The notes below the pieces were generated by a model. It was not told the origin of the DNA. It did no database searches and worked only from the letters and a program-made list of their open reading frames with translations. Shown here one piece after another: positions 26,101 through 40,484 of a stretch of 64,000 nt of DNA. The translations under genes were made by a program, and so were the position numbers. Positions within the stretch are counted from its first letter, which is position 1, and the number at the start of each line of letters is the position of its first letter. Source of the stretch: Marsupella aquatica (lineage: Eukaryota; Plantae; Marchantiophyta); assembly GCA_973895155.1 (NCBI GenBank), contig OZ316894.1, positions 20,962,451 to 21,026,450 of the forward strand, given 5' to 3'.

Positions 26101-28388
26101 AGGTGCGAATTACATATAGAAAGATTACGGTGAACTAGTAGCGAAAGTCAGCGGTTGGAAGAAGAGAGACTCTGGGTAAGCAGGGTTTATACTGATACAT
26201 ACTGATAAACTATTCGAAAGTATGTGAAGGACGTGAGCAGCATTATTTATTACAGTCATGGCGAAAAGACAAGGAGAATGCGGACTTTCTAAGCTAAGGA
26301 ACAGAATGGTTACTACACCATTTTCGGAGGAAAGTAGATGTGGTTTCGTATAGTAATTGAGGAGGCACAGCTTGCCATCCCGACAAAGTTTTCGGAGGAA
26401 AGTAGATGATTAAGCTGATTTAACTTTCACTTTATATAAAAGAGACAAAGAACAAGAACGCCAAACCGGAAGACAGATTCCCAAAGGCGAAAGACGCAAT
26501 AAAGGGGGGAAAGAGTATTATCTATCTAGGCTCTGGTTGGGAGTTACATTTATGAACACAAACAGTAAAACAGAAGCTGGACATTGTCGTCAAGTGGGAA
26601 CAAGAGCTGTCTGCTTTACCACCGCAGCCTTGGGATTCGATTCAATCATTAAAGAGACTGAGAAGCAGAGATTCAATTCACTGATTGGAGAGAGAGAGAG
26701 AGAGAGCGAGCGACCGAGCGAGAGAGAGAGGATCTTTGTCGGGGAACCACTGGGCCAAAAGACGCAGACAAATATAGAGAAGAAGAAACGGTACCAGATG
26801 TTTATGATCAAGCCTGCTGAGGACCTCGATTTCCGTGATGAACTCCTTCACGCCTTGTGAGCTTTCTCCGGTGAGGACCTTGATTGCAACTTTGGAAAAG
26901 GGAGGGGCTGCGAGGACGCCTCTGTACACTTTGCCGAACCCACCCTCTCCTACGAGATTCGCCTCGTCAAAGCCATTGGTCGCCTCACTGAGGACGTCTA
27001 TGGGAAAGTGGACGTGCTTCTTTGGAGTTTGACTTAGCGTCTCGTTTAACAACTTCCCCGAGTGGCAAATCCCTATGTTCGAGCCTGGACAAGAAATAAC
27101 CACATAAGGAAACTCTTCATAGGTCTATGTGACACATCAACAACATCGGCGTCACGGTACAGTTATCCCGTCCGAGTCTCACCTGAGAAATGAGCACAGG
27201 CGGGTGGAATTTCATATCTTAGATCAAAATATATGCTTAGATAGAGTTTTACTGAGAAATGTGTGAAGTTAATAGCCATGTGAGTTTCTGAATGACGAAC
27301 ACGCAAATCACTGATCCCAGAGATCCACTACCAGATCCACTGTAGCCGTAGGAGACAATTGAAGGAGTCTCCTTTGTTATTAACATGTATCGCCAACTTT
27401 ACTATCTCCTAGTCGGACTCTCCAGCCTTCCTGATGATTCATTCCTATTCCATGGCCTCTAAATTCCAGCGATTCTTGTTCAAGAGGGTGGCAAACTTCG
27501 TTCATTCACGGTCATCAATTTCACTCATACATTCGGTCTCTCCAGTTCTGATTTCAATCTCCTCTCTAGGTCACTGGGTAGTAGACGGGAGTGCAGAACA
27601 GGAGCCAACTTTGGGGGGCAACAAAATAGACCTTGAGTTTGAACAGACGGACGACCACTTACATAGCAGAGAGCGTCTCCTGCCGGGCGACTGGGAAGCA
27701 TCAATTTTGGCAGCGACTTTCCTCGACACTCCCTTTCGCCAACGAACCACGAGAGTCACAATGAACAAAACCATCGCGCAAAGAGCAAGCCCTGCCCCGA
27801 CTCCGCCCAGAACTTTCGCGGCAATCTCTTTGTCATTATTCTCTGCGGACACATAGGGGAGTGGTCGTGACTTTAGGAAAAGATTTAAAATTTTAGGGAA
27901 ATGAAAGGAGCCCGCCCACACCGAATTGTCCAAGTATAATACTTTGAATTGAATCACCCACCTAGTATTCCGCTTCATGATATCAAATTGGGAACTTAAA
28001 AATCCAAACAGAGAAACCATTCGTGCCAGCAGAGACCCTAATACATCTTATTGCTACATGAAATCTATGAACGGTGGTTAGAAACCTCTGCCCAGCATTG
28101 CAGGCTCTGTATCTTCCGGACTTCCTTCAACTGGCTTGGAAACTATACTGGCCTTACTCAGCACTAGTCCTGGCCCCTCCACCTGCGGTCAGAGGCGCTG
28201 GAGCCTCTGAATTACATTTTGACGGCCAGAGATTCAAGGGGACGAGGAAGACGTTGAAGGGGTATGAGCAGAGAGAGCGGGAGAGAGATGGAGGCACCTG
28301 AAGATCGAGTGGAGACGTTGTCATCCGTGGACACTCTAATGGGTCCTACGTTAGGAGCTACTGCTTCGTCTCCTCCTTCAATTGCCAT
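23107..28388 (-). CDS. Receptor-like Ser/Thr kinase (RLK/Pelle, RD type) with a single TM helix and very short ectodomain
   Basis: Exons 28388-28298, (possible microexon 28206-28183), 27842-27663, 27084-26795, 25759-25666, 24556-24396, 24235-23987, 23810-23624, 23408-23107, all with GT-AG introns in phase. Motifs [55 protein letters not shown]; [25 protein letters not shown]. The 5' exons are less certain. Confidence 0.9.
25078..25226. repeat. ~80-bp tandem duplication in a kinase intron
   Basis: aacagtatggaaaatctgagggcgattcacgatttga...tctctaaaata x2; a ~39-bp duplication also lies at ~24873-24949. Confidence 0.9.
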
Positions 28389-28728
28389 AATAGCAGAGCT
28401 CCAAATCACTTCTTCCCTCACTCTACGTCCTTCCCAAACGCTCTCTTGCAACTTGACCGGCAGATTCCTTCCTATCTCTCTGTTCTCCCCTTGCAATCGA
28501 CATCATCGCCAGCCATCAGCTCTGCTCTTCTTGCATTCATTCATTCATTTCTACAGTGCTCATGAGCATATCCTGAAGGACCAAGTTTTCTCTTCTCCTG
28601 TTCCCTTCCCCTGAGGATTGGACGTTGATGATGATGCGGAGTCCGCTCGACGCGCGAAACTGGAGAGGAGCACCACCAAGTCCAAACCAGTCAAGCCCAA
28701 AACCACGACAGGAAATCTATCTCCCACG

Positions 28729-28729
<1 letters not shown>

Positions 28730-28768
<39 letters not shown>
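28730..28768. repeat. (AT)n microsatellite upstream of the kinase
   Basis: About 19 AT units. Confidence 0.98.
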
Positions 28769-28770
<2 letters not shown>

Positions 28771-31700
28771 AATGATGACGGACACAGGTTCGCTCTCAAT
28801 TAATCCAGCAAAAATGATGACTAAGGGAGGAATCTTATGACTCGAAAGCAGTAGGCGACACGGAGACGAGCAATGAACTAAATATCCCCAAAGATCTTTG
28901 GAATGCCTCTAACAACAATTGAACCAGCTGATGCTATTAATCTCGACCGGACAGCCAGCCCAATCAACCACACATGCTCTATTGGATGGACTCCACACTT
29001 ATTTTCTTACGCGCCGAGACGAGTAATGCATCCAAACCTTCCTAATAGTATCACGTCAAAGCCAGTGCACACAATGATACCACCTAGAAAGATAGCTTAC
29101 TAGCATTGCGGAAGAGGTTGCTCTCCCAGTGCCCAGCTATGTAGCTCACTGGTCAGAGTAAGAGAAGAGACAGCGGGACAGAGAGCGAAAGAATTTAATA
29201 AGTCCGGGCAGCTACCCTCTTGCTCACCTAGATGGCCAGCAAGCGAGAGAGGGCCTCTTCAGCAATGCGCCTAATGTATCTGATGAACTATGTGAGTGTA
29301 TGAGACAGTTCTTCGAGAAAGTGAGACAAGCTGATGTATAGCCGCCGAATCTTCTTCACTCATACAACAACCGAATTTCATACGAATGCTACGACGACGA
29401 CGATGAGAAGCACCTTGCCTGCCACACCTTTTACGGTGCCCAGGACCATCCCACTGCAAACGATTGCAAGGCATTGTACTGAGCTTAACTTAACTTAACT
29501 TAAGAGAACTAAACTGGACCGCACTGAAAATGACAGGCGACGACAGGCAGAATGGCGTTGCCTCAGGGCACGCAATAATAAATGGCGAATCCGGAAATAG
29601 CAAACAAAGACGAAAGGGAGGTAAGAACTAAGAAAGAAGGAAGGAACCGAAACAACGAAAGAGACGCGACAGACAATTAAATCGAATCAATCCAATCCAC
29701 TTCAATACACTCACTCAAACCAGAAGCCCCCACCAACAACCATCAACAGGTAATCCACCGGAACCAAACTTAACAAAATCGAATCGAAACGATACGGATC
29801 AATTTAAATATAATGAGCTACGCAACGCCCCTGAATTGCCAACGTCAATCAAACGTCGTACCTTTCATGTGACGATAGACCGGTGAGTGAAGAAGCTCCG
29901 AGCTGCAGCTAAAATCCCGTTCAGCTAAGGCAGGCAATACATGTGTGCGTTTGGTGACGATCACTTGCCGTGTCCGTTTGCCACCAACAGAATGTCATTC
30001 ATTGCAACAGCTCATCCTTCCTCTCTTCTGTCTAAAATCGCCAGCCACAAATTTTCGTTTTCTTACAATTCTCTGCCTTCTCTTACTCTTCTTCCTTCTT
30101 CCGTCCGGTCGTTCCTTCCTTCCTTCCTTCCACTCCTGCACTTCCTCGCGCCCTCTCCTCAGACCTCTGTCCTCGATCGATCCATCACACGCAATTCACT
30201 GTCAATTCGAGCTGAGAGTTGAGACAAGACCCCAGGACGCGAGAGTAGAGAACGAAGGAGAGATCTCGAGAGGGGGAGGAGAATCGATCCTTCAATGGCT
30301 TCTTGTGGACTCCTGACTGAGCCCACACGGCCCGCACGTTCTTGAGTTCCGGCCGTGCGGCATCCCGTCCGAGGCATCTACTCCTGTACTGCTGCTGACG
30401 GCAAATCTAGGATCCGTGCGTCCGGCAGCGCGGCACTCTTGATACCGGCCGCTATTCCCAGAGAACGTTCTTGTGGTGGAGTTGTAGTTAGCGGAGCAGT
30501 AAAGGACCGACCCGCACTTTTGGGGACAGGGACCCGGGGTCAGGACTTTGCTGGTAGTGCAACGGTTAGAGCATCTCCAACAGGACGATGGTCGTGCAAC
30601 GGTTATTAATTAAATGGATAGGACGGCCAGTAGGAGGTTTATAATACTACGGTTGGAAGGGATAGTCTGGCAAGCTGGGAGGTTAGCTACTGTATGGTCG
30701 TGGCTGCCGTTGGAGCATTTTTGTGTCCCTTGGGAAAACTACGGTAACCCATGATTGCGGTGGCAATATAATTCAGAGGTGAAACGAAAAGGGCAGTTCA
30801 CTGTGGAAAAGCAATGCATAACACAAGACATGAGAACCAAGCAATGAACAAGACAAAGACACGAGAAACTATTGTATTGTGTCTCCCGGTTGGTCTTTTG
30901 TTTTGTGGAAATGTAATATATAATCGGAAAGGGGCAATTATAAGGGCAAATTTTGTCTTTTCCTTGGGTGCCCATCACCTGGGAAAAGTAATCCATTATT
31001 TATCTAATCAAGTAGATTCAAAAGCTATGATAAGTACCTATGGCTAGAGTGAAGCTTCTAGAATATAACTTTGGTGGCACACTTACGGTTGTGGTGGAAC
31101 TAGAAATGGGTATGATGATATTTGTCATTTATTCATGAGCAAGTTTGGACATCCTGGCTACTGTTCTGAAAAGGGGTTCAGGGGATGGGTTACGAACATT
31201 TTATACTATAAACGAATGTTTATAAATGTGGTAACATTGAACCACAACTCTCTTCTTAACTTTTGTCCTAAACTTGGCATTTCTCATAACTATATGTTCA
31301 GCCCAATACTGGCAAGTATGAGCTTCCTCTATCCTTGTTCCCACTGTTAACCCAGCAAAAATGGTTTAGAATGCAGTAAACTACAAGGAGTTCCAATGGG
31401 CTGACCAAATCGGGCCACGCGCTGGCATCTTGTCCTGAGTCCTGTGGCTCAAGCAAGGGCAGAGGTGGGGCAGGTAAGGACCACCAAAGGTAGCACATAC
31501 TAGAGCCCTTGGTTTTCGTTTCAATATGGTTGTCCCAACTTTAAGCAAGCTTCCCCAAATGGCAGTAAAAAGCTTTTAGTACTATAATATTTACAGTACA
31601 TAAATGAGCAAAAGAGTTTTCTCTATAATAACTAAAAGTGTGAGGATCCCCAAAACTAAAGTAACCTAGCTTGTCTTGTTATATTTCCCGTTCACAAATA

Positions 31701-33036
31701 TTGTGATGTAAAAAAGAATAATTAAAGGAATGTGAGATGGATTTTTTATGGTCACCTTAAAGTAAGAATAAATTAGTTTTGGCTGATTGGTACCTGTGTC
31801 TTCGCCTCGATGAATTTTAATGAACCATCTGAAAGCAAGAATAAATTAGTTTTGCGTGACTTGGTACATGTGCCCTCGTCTCAATGCTCATGGCCTTACA
31901 AAGTGTTGGCCCCACCTTGAAGCCCTCCTCACCTGTCAATTTTCTAATTGTAGACAACCCTCTAGCTTCTAAAAGATTGTATACCCCTTTCAAAAAGTGA
32001 TGGGCCTTTTAAAGCGTGACTTGTCTTTCATATACTTCCTACATAATTAGTTTTGTTAGTGACACGTTCATTAAAGTCATAAACCTAGAAACAAAGTGTG
32101 AGGAGTGGACCTTCACCATGAGAAGTGTTACTACCAAACTAGTGTTATTAACACTAGTTTGGTTTCAATGATCTTGAGTCCAAAGTAAAAATAATTTTTG
32201 TTGGTTTTTCAAAAGAAGTTTTCTCAACTTTTGTTGAAAGTGCTATTAAACATGAGTGATTTGAGTCCAGAGTAACACTGGTTCTTGTGAATTTTTCAAA
32301 ATAGTTTCTCCACTATATTTCCACTCTTGAGACCACAGTAATACCAATTCATGCGTGTGAACTAGTGTCATAAAGGAATTAGTGTGAGTAACACTAATTC
32401 ATGTCTATAGCCCTAAAATGTCTGCTATTGAATTAGTGTGACTAACACTAATTACTCTGATCAGTATAGTTACAAGAGTGGTTGGCGTTATCTTGAACTA
32501 AGCCTTTCTTTCTCACGCTTGTGGGAAAAGATAACATGATACATGAAAGTTAATTGAATATTTCTTAAATGTGATTACAACAATAACATACTGTGATAAA
32601 GGATGGGCAAGATTGAAAAACACATATGGAGCCAAAAACTTTAGGAAGTGGAGAAGATAGTTAAAGATGTTTACAAGTGGGGAAATAGTTAGAAATTCAA
32701 TAATACAGAAGATACACCTTGTCTAAGGCAAATCTTACTTATAAAGTGTGAAGTGAAGCCTCTAGACGGTGAGTCGAGGGCCACACCAAAATGTATGTGC
32801 ATACCAAAAAAATATGTCACATGGAGAGAATGATAGGGTCCCACCAAAATTCATGTGCATGGAAAAAGGATGTGCATGGAGAAAATGATGACATGCATGT
32901 ATCATGGTTTAAATCATCATTTCAAAGCTCGTGCAATGACTCTTAGTAAAGAAAAAACTGAAGTATGGTGCATTATTTGTTTGTGAATTCTAAGAGGATT
33001 GAGACCATTCATTTACACCCACTAGTTTGCGGAGGT

Positions 33037-33377
33037 CTTGGGGGGTCACTTCCATGGAAGTGGCACGTCATGTGCGACAAAGTATAGGCCCATTAAAATG
33101 GGTGTGGCGGAAGACTTCCAAAGTTTGATGGAAGAACACATAGGGCATGTTTTACTGACTGGTCAACTTTATAGAATACATAGGCCTAATTCATTGCAAA
33201 AAATACATTCTTTAAAGTTTTTAGGGGTTTTTTAATAAAAAAAATTGACAAATTTTAAAGAAAAAAAGGGCTTTCCAAAAAACTATTTTTCACTTAATAA
33301 GTTAGGGAGGTCAAACCCTAAAACGTCGCACGCGATGAATGGCCCTCCATATAGTGACCCCCCCCCCCCCCCCCGAG
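33037..33377. mobile_element. MITE with 8-bp TSD, same terminal type as 12421-12707
   Basis: TIRs CTTGGGGGGTCACT / AGTGACCCCC(n)GAG; subterminal gtgcgac/gtcgcac; TSD GCGGAGGT at 33029-33036 and 33378-33385. Confidence 0.9.
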
Positions 33378-35012
33378 GCGGAGGTTTTATCGCTGATTTT
33401 GATGGAGACCACATGGACAGAAAAAATGGGGCAAAGGTGAAAGGGAAATAGGGTAGAATTGTTTTTAGTTGGTTTTCATCACTCTCCATGAATCAAAATC
33501 AGAACAGAATTTATAGTAGAAGCAAAATACTAATTTCTTTTCTTACAAATTATCAAGAGAAGATAGAATGGAACATAACAAGAGTACAACCCAGAGGAAA
33601 TGGGGATAGAGGCATAAAGACACTGGGCATGTGTTTTGATTTTCAGCTGTTTGGGTTTCCTGACCCTTCCTCCACTAATTTTTAGCCATGAAACTTAGTA
33701 TGCTGGACCTTCCTTTTGATGGAGAAATCTCTCAACTGGGGTTTCTTTTGTCTATTGATACATTGTTTTTATTATACTAGGGAAATATATTTGCTGTTGA
33801 CACTTTATTGTCCTCACCTCTATTCACATTCAAAGAATGGGTAGTCAGGCTAGTTGAAACAAAATTAGTCAGGCTAGTTGAAACAAAATTCTCAACAAAA
33901 ATTGCTACAAGACATAGTAACCTGAGTAGTCAGTAAAACCATTTTGTCAACTTTTTGCTGGTGGACGGATCACGACAGTGGGTTGTTTTCATGAACTTGT
34001 GGTCAATACTTACAAAGTTGGCCAAGACAGTTGAATGAATGGTCACCATTTTAAATTTCTTTCAACTAGTTTTGGGAGCTGCATTGGCTCTCTCAAGTAT
34101 TAGACCATAGCCCACTCGGACCCATGGCTTACCCACACACGAAGAACCTTTCCCCAAGGGAATGAGCTACTGAGCATGAGCCCCAAGTGAATTTCTGAAA
34201 CAGTCACCTCAGTTTTACCACTCCAAGACAGTCATTGACCATTATTTTCCACTTGCGCCTTCAGTGTAACTATTCTCATTCAAAATCTGAGAATCCCCAG
34301 GCCACTGGGTTTTGTGATTCACGCGGGGTAATGCCTCATAACCATATATAGAGATACAATTGGAAAATACAAGGAGGAGGGGGGGGGCTTGCTTAGATGA
34401 TAAGAGCATAGCAAGGAGAAAACTGTTAACTCAGAATTGGGAAGAGGATCCAAATTGCTAAAACCAGTTTTTGAAAATGTCAACCCACCTGTTGTTTATG
34501 TAATTTTGGGTGCGTGAGTATTGAGTAAGTGACATCTTCACGTCCCCTTGTGGAGTGAGGGGTGTCCTTCAGGACTCATTTCCATTTTTTAAAACCATTT
34601 AGTAGTACACAAGGTGTTCTATCAAATATTCCTTTTGCAGGGGCTTGCTCCTAGCGCTAGGCTTGAATTCACAACCAAAACTAACTCAATTGTTCAGAAA
34701 ACTTTACTTGACACGTCAAAGAAACTTTCAAATTAAATTAAAAGCAATTTTTCACATCACTCTTGTATTGTGTATCGAAGATTCAGATGCATTGATCCCT
34801 TGCCAAGTTTTGTGAATGAAAATTGGAATGCCATCCTAAATGCCCCCCAAATTATAATATTTTTTAAAAGGGTGGATTGCTGGTGTCCTTGAATATTGCC
34901 TCCTACTCTGTTCACAGCAAGTAGCCTTGGTAACAGTATTTGTGTAGCCTAAATTTGCTGGGTTTACTCTTCAATTAACATTACCAATGTGAATTACTGA
35001 CTAACACTAATA

Positions 35013-35355
35013 TGTTGAGCATAGACGACGCTCGTAACGGTAAGCACATGACACATCCAACGCGCAAGTAGTCGACACAAGAGATACGTGGTTCATCTCC
35101 TCGAGGCTACGTCCACGGGAACACACAAGAGAGCTTTACTGAACTCTAAGCCCGTCGGTCATACCAAGCCTCCACAGTGTAAGCTCTCCTCATCTCTCAA
35201 GTGGCTCCATAACAATGAGCCTAAGTTCCACTTATCCAAGCAAACACCGCTTGGCATATAGTGTGCATTCTAGTTAACCTAACCACATCTCTAACTATGG
35301 TTAGCCTAACTATGGTTACATGTCATAACCCTAGACCTGGAGTAAATACCTAACA
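35013..35355. mobile_element. Solo LTR (probably Copia-type)
   Basis: TGTT...AACA ends; 5-bp TSD TAATA; gatacgtggttca..ggctacgtccacggg motif; homologous to 37944-38287. Confidence 0.9.
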
Positions 35356-37943
35356 TAATAGTGTGCAAATTAAGTAACATTAGTGTAATACTAATTCAGT
35401 TTGCACCTAACACTATCCGGAGAGTACGGGTACTACTAATTCTGGAGAGTTAACAAGTAAAATCAATATAAACCATCTAGGGAGCCACATTTTAAATAAA
35501 AATGTTTCATTCAAGCAATGGAGTGTTCCAATGCACAGATACATAGACATGCTCCCTCACCTTTGACAATTAGGGAACAAAGCCTGTTTCATGCACCCTG
35601 CATGACTAGAAAAAGACAAGTTACAGCTAGGGAACATAGCCTCAAGAGGGCACACTTCTTGCCAAACAATGGCAGCACAAATCACAAGCAGGACTTTAAC
35701 ACATGTGAATTGCTAAGGTCATGAAATTCAGATTTGAAATAGTCTTAGCCCAAAAACCCATCACAATTAGTGTTTTTTTCAATCCAAATCTGCCCCTCTC
35801 TTAAATTAGGGTTGCAAACTTTAATTAGGGACAAACACTAATTATGAGATCAAATTTTTTACGGTGAACAGTACCAGGTGCGGTAGATGCATAGGAGGAG
35901 GATTCATCTCCATGTCAATAGTTATAGACGAGCTAGTATGAAGGCTATTTACCCTTAGAGAAAATACGAAGGGAAAGTGTGTGGGGCTGGACAGCATGAG
36001 GGTGGAGGATGGGCAGGACGGCTCAAGGCTCGAGATTGCCTTTTGCCTTGAGTTGGCAATAAGGCAAAAGTACTGCAGATTAGAAATGCACTCTGAAGGC
36101 AAGTGCCACAATTCCCAAAAGTTTTTTGTGACATTGCTCTCCTTTTCCTGAAAGAATGATAGCACCTTCTAAACCTACGATCACAAGACTAGCTCCATGG
36201 CACTTGGCCCGAGGCTACCTCCTTTGGCCTAAGACTATTTAACGCTTTCATATTAGGACCAATCCTATCTACTGTACACGGCGGGAATGATTATGCATGG
36301 CATAATGAGTTGCATATCACAATAATGCACCTAAAGGTTGTGATGCATGTTACAACCAAGAGTATTGTGACATTGGACACTCTACTGGAGCAAATCCCCT
36401 TGAGAATCGTGAGGCTGGTGAAGTGGCCCTGCCTTGCCCCAAAACCAGATCCTGTCAAGGAAAGCTGCAACATGTGGAATTCATTGGGATTCACCCCTTT
36501 CTCCAAACGAACGTGTCCTTTACGTTGCCCCTCCTTATACACGTCCTAGTGTTTTCCAACTGAAGGTGGGTCTATGAAATGAACGTTTTACAATGCACTT
36601 TTGTCAGCAAACGAACCATTTACGATGCACTTTTGTCAGCAAATTTCACAGCCTTATAAAGTGTTCGCCATCCTTGGTATATGTCTAGCCAGCTCTACCA
36701 ATCCATTCTATATGTGGCTCAATTGAGGCTTGCCCCTTAGAGTACATTCATGTCCCACTTGTACACTTACTTATGACAACAAGATGATTCAGCTAGTAGG
36801 GTATCTTGAGACTCATTTATGAGTCTTCTCATATTTTCCTGCCCGAGCCTCTTCAATTTTTCTCCTTATGTTATAAGAAATGAATGATCTCCACTTTGGG
36901 GGCAGGGAGGAGGCATGTGAAAAGGAGTGCTGCCACATGGGCTCGACCCCACAACCTGCCCGCTCCCACTCGAGTGCTCTATCAGTGCACCAACATGCGG
37001 TTCATGCTGGGAGCTGCCTGCGGTTAATATCTAACCTAAAATTGGGGCCAAGCATAGAGGGGCAGCGGGAGCATCTCCCTAATTGCATGCGATAACTCTC
37101 ATTAACTAACCTTGGGATTGCCTTTTGTCCTTAATCACAAGATGTGTACCATTAGTTGATCCTATTTTCACACTACTAGATTTTGATTTTTATTCTATTC
37201 TCTCTTTCTAGAATTTTGAGTTTTGCATTTGCCCTTGAGTGGTATTTGTCCACTCTGGACCTCTTTGCTTTTACTCCATTCTGCTTTGTTTGACACCCTA
37301 TTTGTAAATGGGTTCCTTTTCCTCTGTGTAACAAAATTTACTCCCTCGTGCTATGTTTGGCAACTTTTTTTGTAAATTGGGTTCCTTTTCCAAGCGTAAC
37401 AAAATTTAGTCATAGTGATGACACCTTAAAAATCTTTATAAAGTATAATTTGTTCCCTCAATTGTCTTTCAGCTTTTAAGTACATTGCAACTAAAGATGT
37501 TTGAATTTACAATATTGTCACTGTCTTCATTTTATTTACAAAAATGTCATGATTTTAGTGTATAACTCCCCTGGTTACCTTGGTAAACTTGTCATCCACA
37601 TATCAAACAGTGATATTTTTAAACTTGTCATCCATATACCAAACCATGATATTTTTATAAATACAAAAAATAGTGACAGTATTGTAAATTAGAACATCTT
37701 TCATGACAAAGTGATTAAAAACTGAATTTGTCTTTTTGTAGGAAATCTCATTTTAAATTGCATGTTCAGAAGCAACCTTATGGTCATAGAATGATGCTTA
37801 TTCACAGCAGATGTACAAAATGTGGTTTATATGCTACATGAGCTGCTATTGTAGTCTTGTAGGCAAACCTCTTGGTTATGTTTACGGACCCCACTAGAGG
37901 TCCCTTCCAAAATTCGAGACTCCGCAACGCGCCACATCATCGA

Positions 37944-38287
37944 TGTTGAGCATAGACAACATTCGCAACGGCAAGCCCATGAACCATCCAACGCACAATA
38001 GTCGACACAGAGAGATACGTGGTTCACCTCCACATGAGGCTACGTCCACGGGAACACACAAGAGCTTTACTGCACTCTAGGCCGACCGGCCATACCAAGC
38101 ATCCACAGCACAAGCTCTCCCTATCTCTCAACTAGCTCCGTAACAATGAGCCTAAGTTCCACCAGGGTCTGGCATCAGCCCTGGCTATATGCACAACAGC
38201 ACTACCGCTAACCTTAGCTAGGTCCTAACCCGAGTTATCCTAACTGTGGTTAGCACAAGAGTCACAAGACTAGAGAAATATCTAACA
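37944..38287. mobile_element. Solo LTR, same family as 35013-35355
   Basis: TGTT...AACA ends; 5-bp TSD ATCGA. Confidence 0.9.
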
Positions 38288-38831
38288 ATCGAGACACGCT
38301 GCAAACAGGTACAGATTGGTTTACAAAATATAATTGCTTCAACATTCGTGTCTGTGGCATGATTTTGGTAAAATTGAGGACGCCATGCCGTAAACCTTGA
38401 TGTAAAAATGTTTGAAAAATAACCGTTTTATTTACCCTAGGTAACAGATTGTTCAATTAGTAGGAGGCCCACCTTCCATTTTTTTTGCCTGAGTAACCGC
38501 TGCCCACCCACATTCTGAATTGTGTTTCAATTGAATAATAGGGGGTCTCATTATTTGCGACAGGACGTTTTTTGACGGGCGTACATGTGGGCCCCTAAAA
38601 CAGCTGACGGCACTCAATGACGGGCGGAGTTATTCTTTCAAGCACAATTTTGAGACAACCCCTTATCGACGTTTGACGGGCTCAACCACTGACCAAGATA
38701 GCACTAAACAACTAAACGGGAGGTTGCCGCTCACTGCATACCGCCATAGTCGTCAATTCAGGAGCGATTCAAAATTATGCAGCACCGTGCGGGTTGTAGA
38801 GTCCACTATTGCGTGCAATAGCTTGGACACC

Positions 38832-40292
38832 ATGGAGGATGAAATCATTTGCAATCCCACATTCAAAGCGCTTGCAGCAGCAGATCTTTCCATGGCCCCA
38901 AACATGGTGAGGAATGGTGGACCGCGAAGGGATTTCTGCCCTCCACGGCCTGTAGGATTTCAAGCTGCTCCAATAAGGCTTCAATCGTCGTTCGCTAATG
39001 TTCGTCGTGTGGAGGCAGGGAGAGCTCGAGGGGACAAAGGATCAAAGTTGAGGGCAGACAATTACTCCAAAATCCTGGATTACTTAGAGATCCCTGAAAA
39101 TTTCAATGCAGTTCATGGGGCTGGAAGAAAGACGTAATTAGGAGGACGATACCAATCCAAGAAATCCATGTTTACTAGCATGGCAGCCGTGCTGGCAAAA
39201 GACGGATTCCCCAAAATGGATGGAGCTAATTTACAGAAAAGATTCAGCAGATATGTTGACATGTATCGTAAAGCAGTCGGTGTCATGACTTTTACTGGAG
39301 GAGGTCTCACAGAGGAAGAGTTCCAGAGTGGAATGATGATCGAGGGCAAACTGGAAAAGATGTGTCCCAATTTTGATCGGATACATGCTCTATATGGTGA
39401 ATGACCCAACATTGCAGGATATGGAGTTGTAAATGCAGGGTTCCCAGGTTCAAGTGTTACAAATTGGGACCATGACAGTCCTGGTCACGATGGAGTCAAC
39501 GTAGAGGAGCTTAGTAGTGACGAAGATGGTGACGAGCCAGGGTCACCCACTCACATTATGACCGATTCTCCAGCAGAAGTTGAGGATGAGTCCTACCCGC
39601 CTATGGGAGGTTCTGGGAATGTGGGCGAAACCCACATTGAGGAGGAGACTCCTCTCAATGATACACAAGCTCCTTCAGCTGCCACAGAAGAAATTCGACT
39701 TCCAAGGAATCATTCTCTTCCAAGGCAAAGTTATGAAAGTCCCACTCCACAGCAGACTACGAACCAAACACCACTGCCCAACATTGCAAGTGGGAATCGA
39801 CACCAATCAGGTGCACCTCGAGGGAATGACCAGCATGGACATGGGAAGAAGAAAAGCAACAGCAATCAAGTTGACAAGACAGCTACGTCAAAGAACAGCC
39901 TTGCAGTTGCTTATGCAGATAAGTGTAAAGATAAGACCCTGTTTCGGAAGGATCTCATGGAAAGTAGAGACAAATGGAAGAATGTCGAAATGGAGGAGAG
40001 ACGACAAGCCAGATTTTATGCAGCTAAGAAGGATCGCCTGGAAAGATCACACAAATTCAAGTTGGAGGCATTCTCGTCATCACAAGTTGAGAAACGTCAG
40101 CATTCAGAACAAGCCCATCAGATATTATTGGGTCAAATGACCATGAAAACTACATTGCTATCTGAGTTGTTACGAAGTAACAAAACAAAAGACCAGATAG
40201 GCAGGCTCATGAAGTTGGTTCATGAAGATGTCTCAGAGACTACTCCTCCTCAGAATTCAGAGCCATTATTTACTGCTGATGATTTTCTTTAG
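38832..40292 (+). pseudogene. Harbinger ORF2, Myb/SANT-like DNA-binding protein
   Basis: One frame with stops at 39135 (TAA) and 39402 (TGA); ILDYLEIPENF..LQKRFSRY..YRKA..TGGGLTEEE..KLEKMCPNFDRIHALYGE.PN. Confidence 0.75.
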
Positions 40293-40305
40293 GGTCAACA
40301 GTTGT

Positions 40306-40484
40306 GAACCATATAGACACCAGAATAATGTTACAACAATATAAACAATGCAGGGCAAAATTGCTTGCTCTTTCACATAATTATGGTCCTCAGAACCTTG
40401 TAGACACCAGAATAGTGTTACAATAATATAAACATTGCAGGGCAAAATTGTTTGCTCTTTTACATAATTATGGTCCTCAGAACC
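40306..40484. repeat. ~87-bp tandem duplication between the convergent Harbinger genes
   Basis: tagacaccagaata...ggtcctcagaacc x2. Confidence 0.9.

Noticed and set aside
30566-30720. Tourist-like MITE (AGAGCATCTCCAAC start)
   Set aside because: Only one convincing TIR; no TSD pair found
35013-38287. Single non-autonomous LTR element (TRIM/LARD)
   Set aside because: Separate TSDs on each LTR and no PBS/PPT
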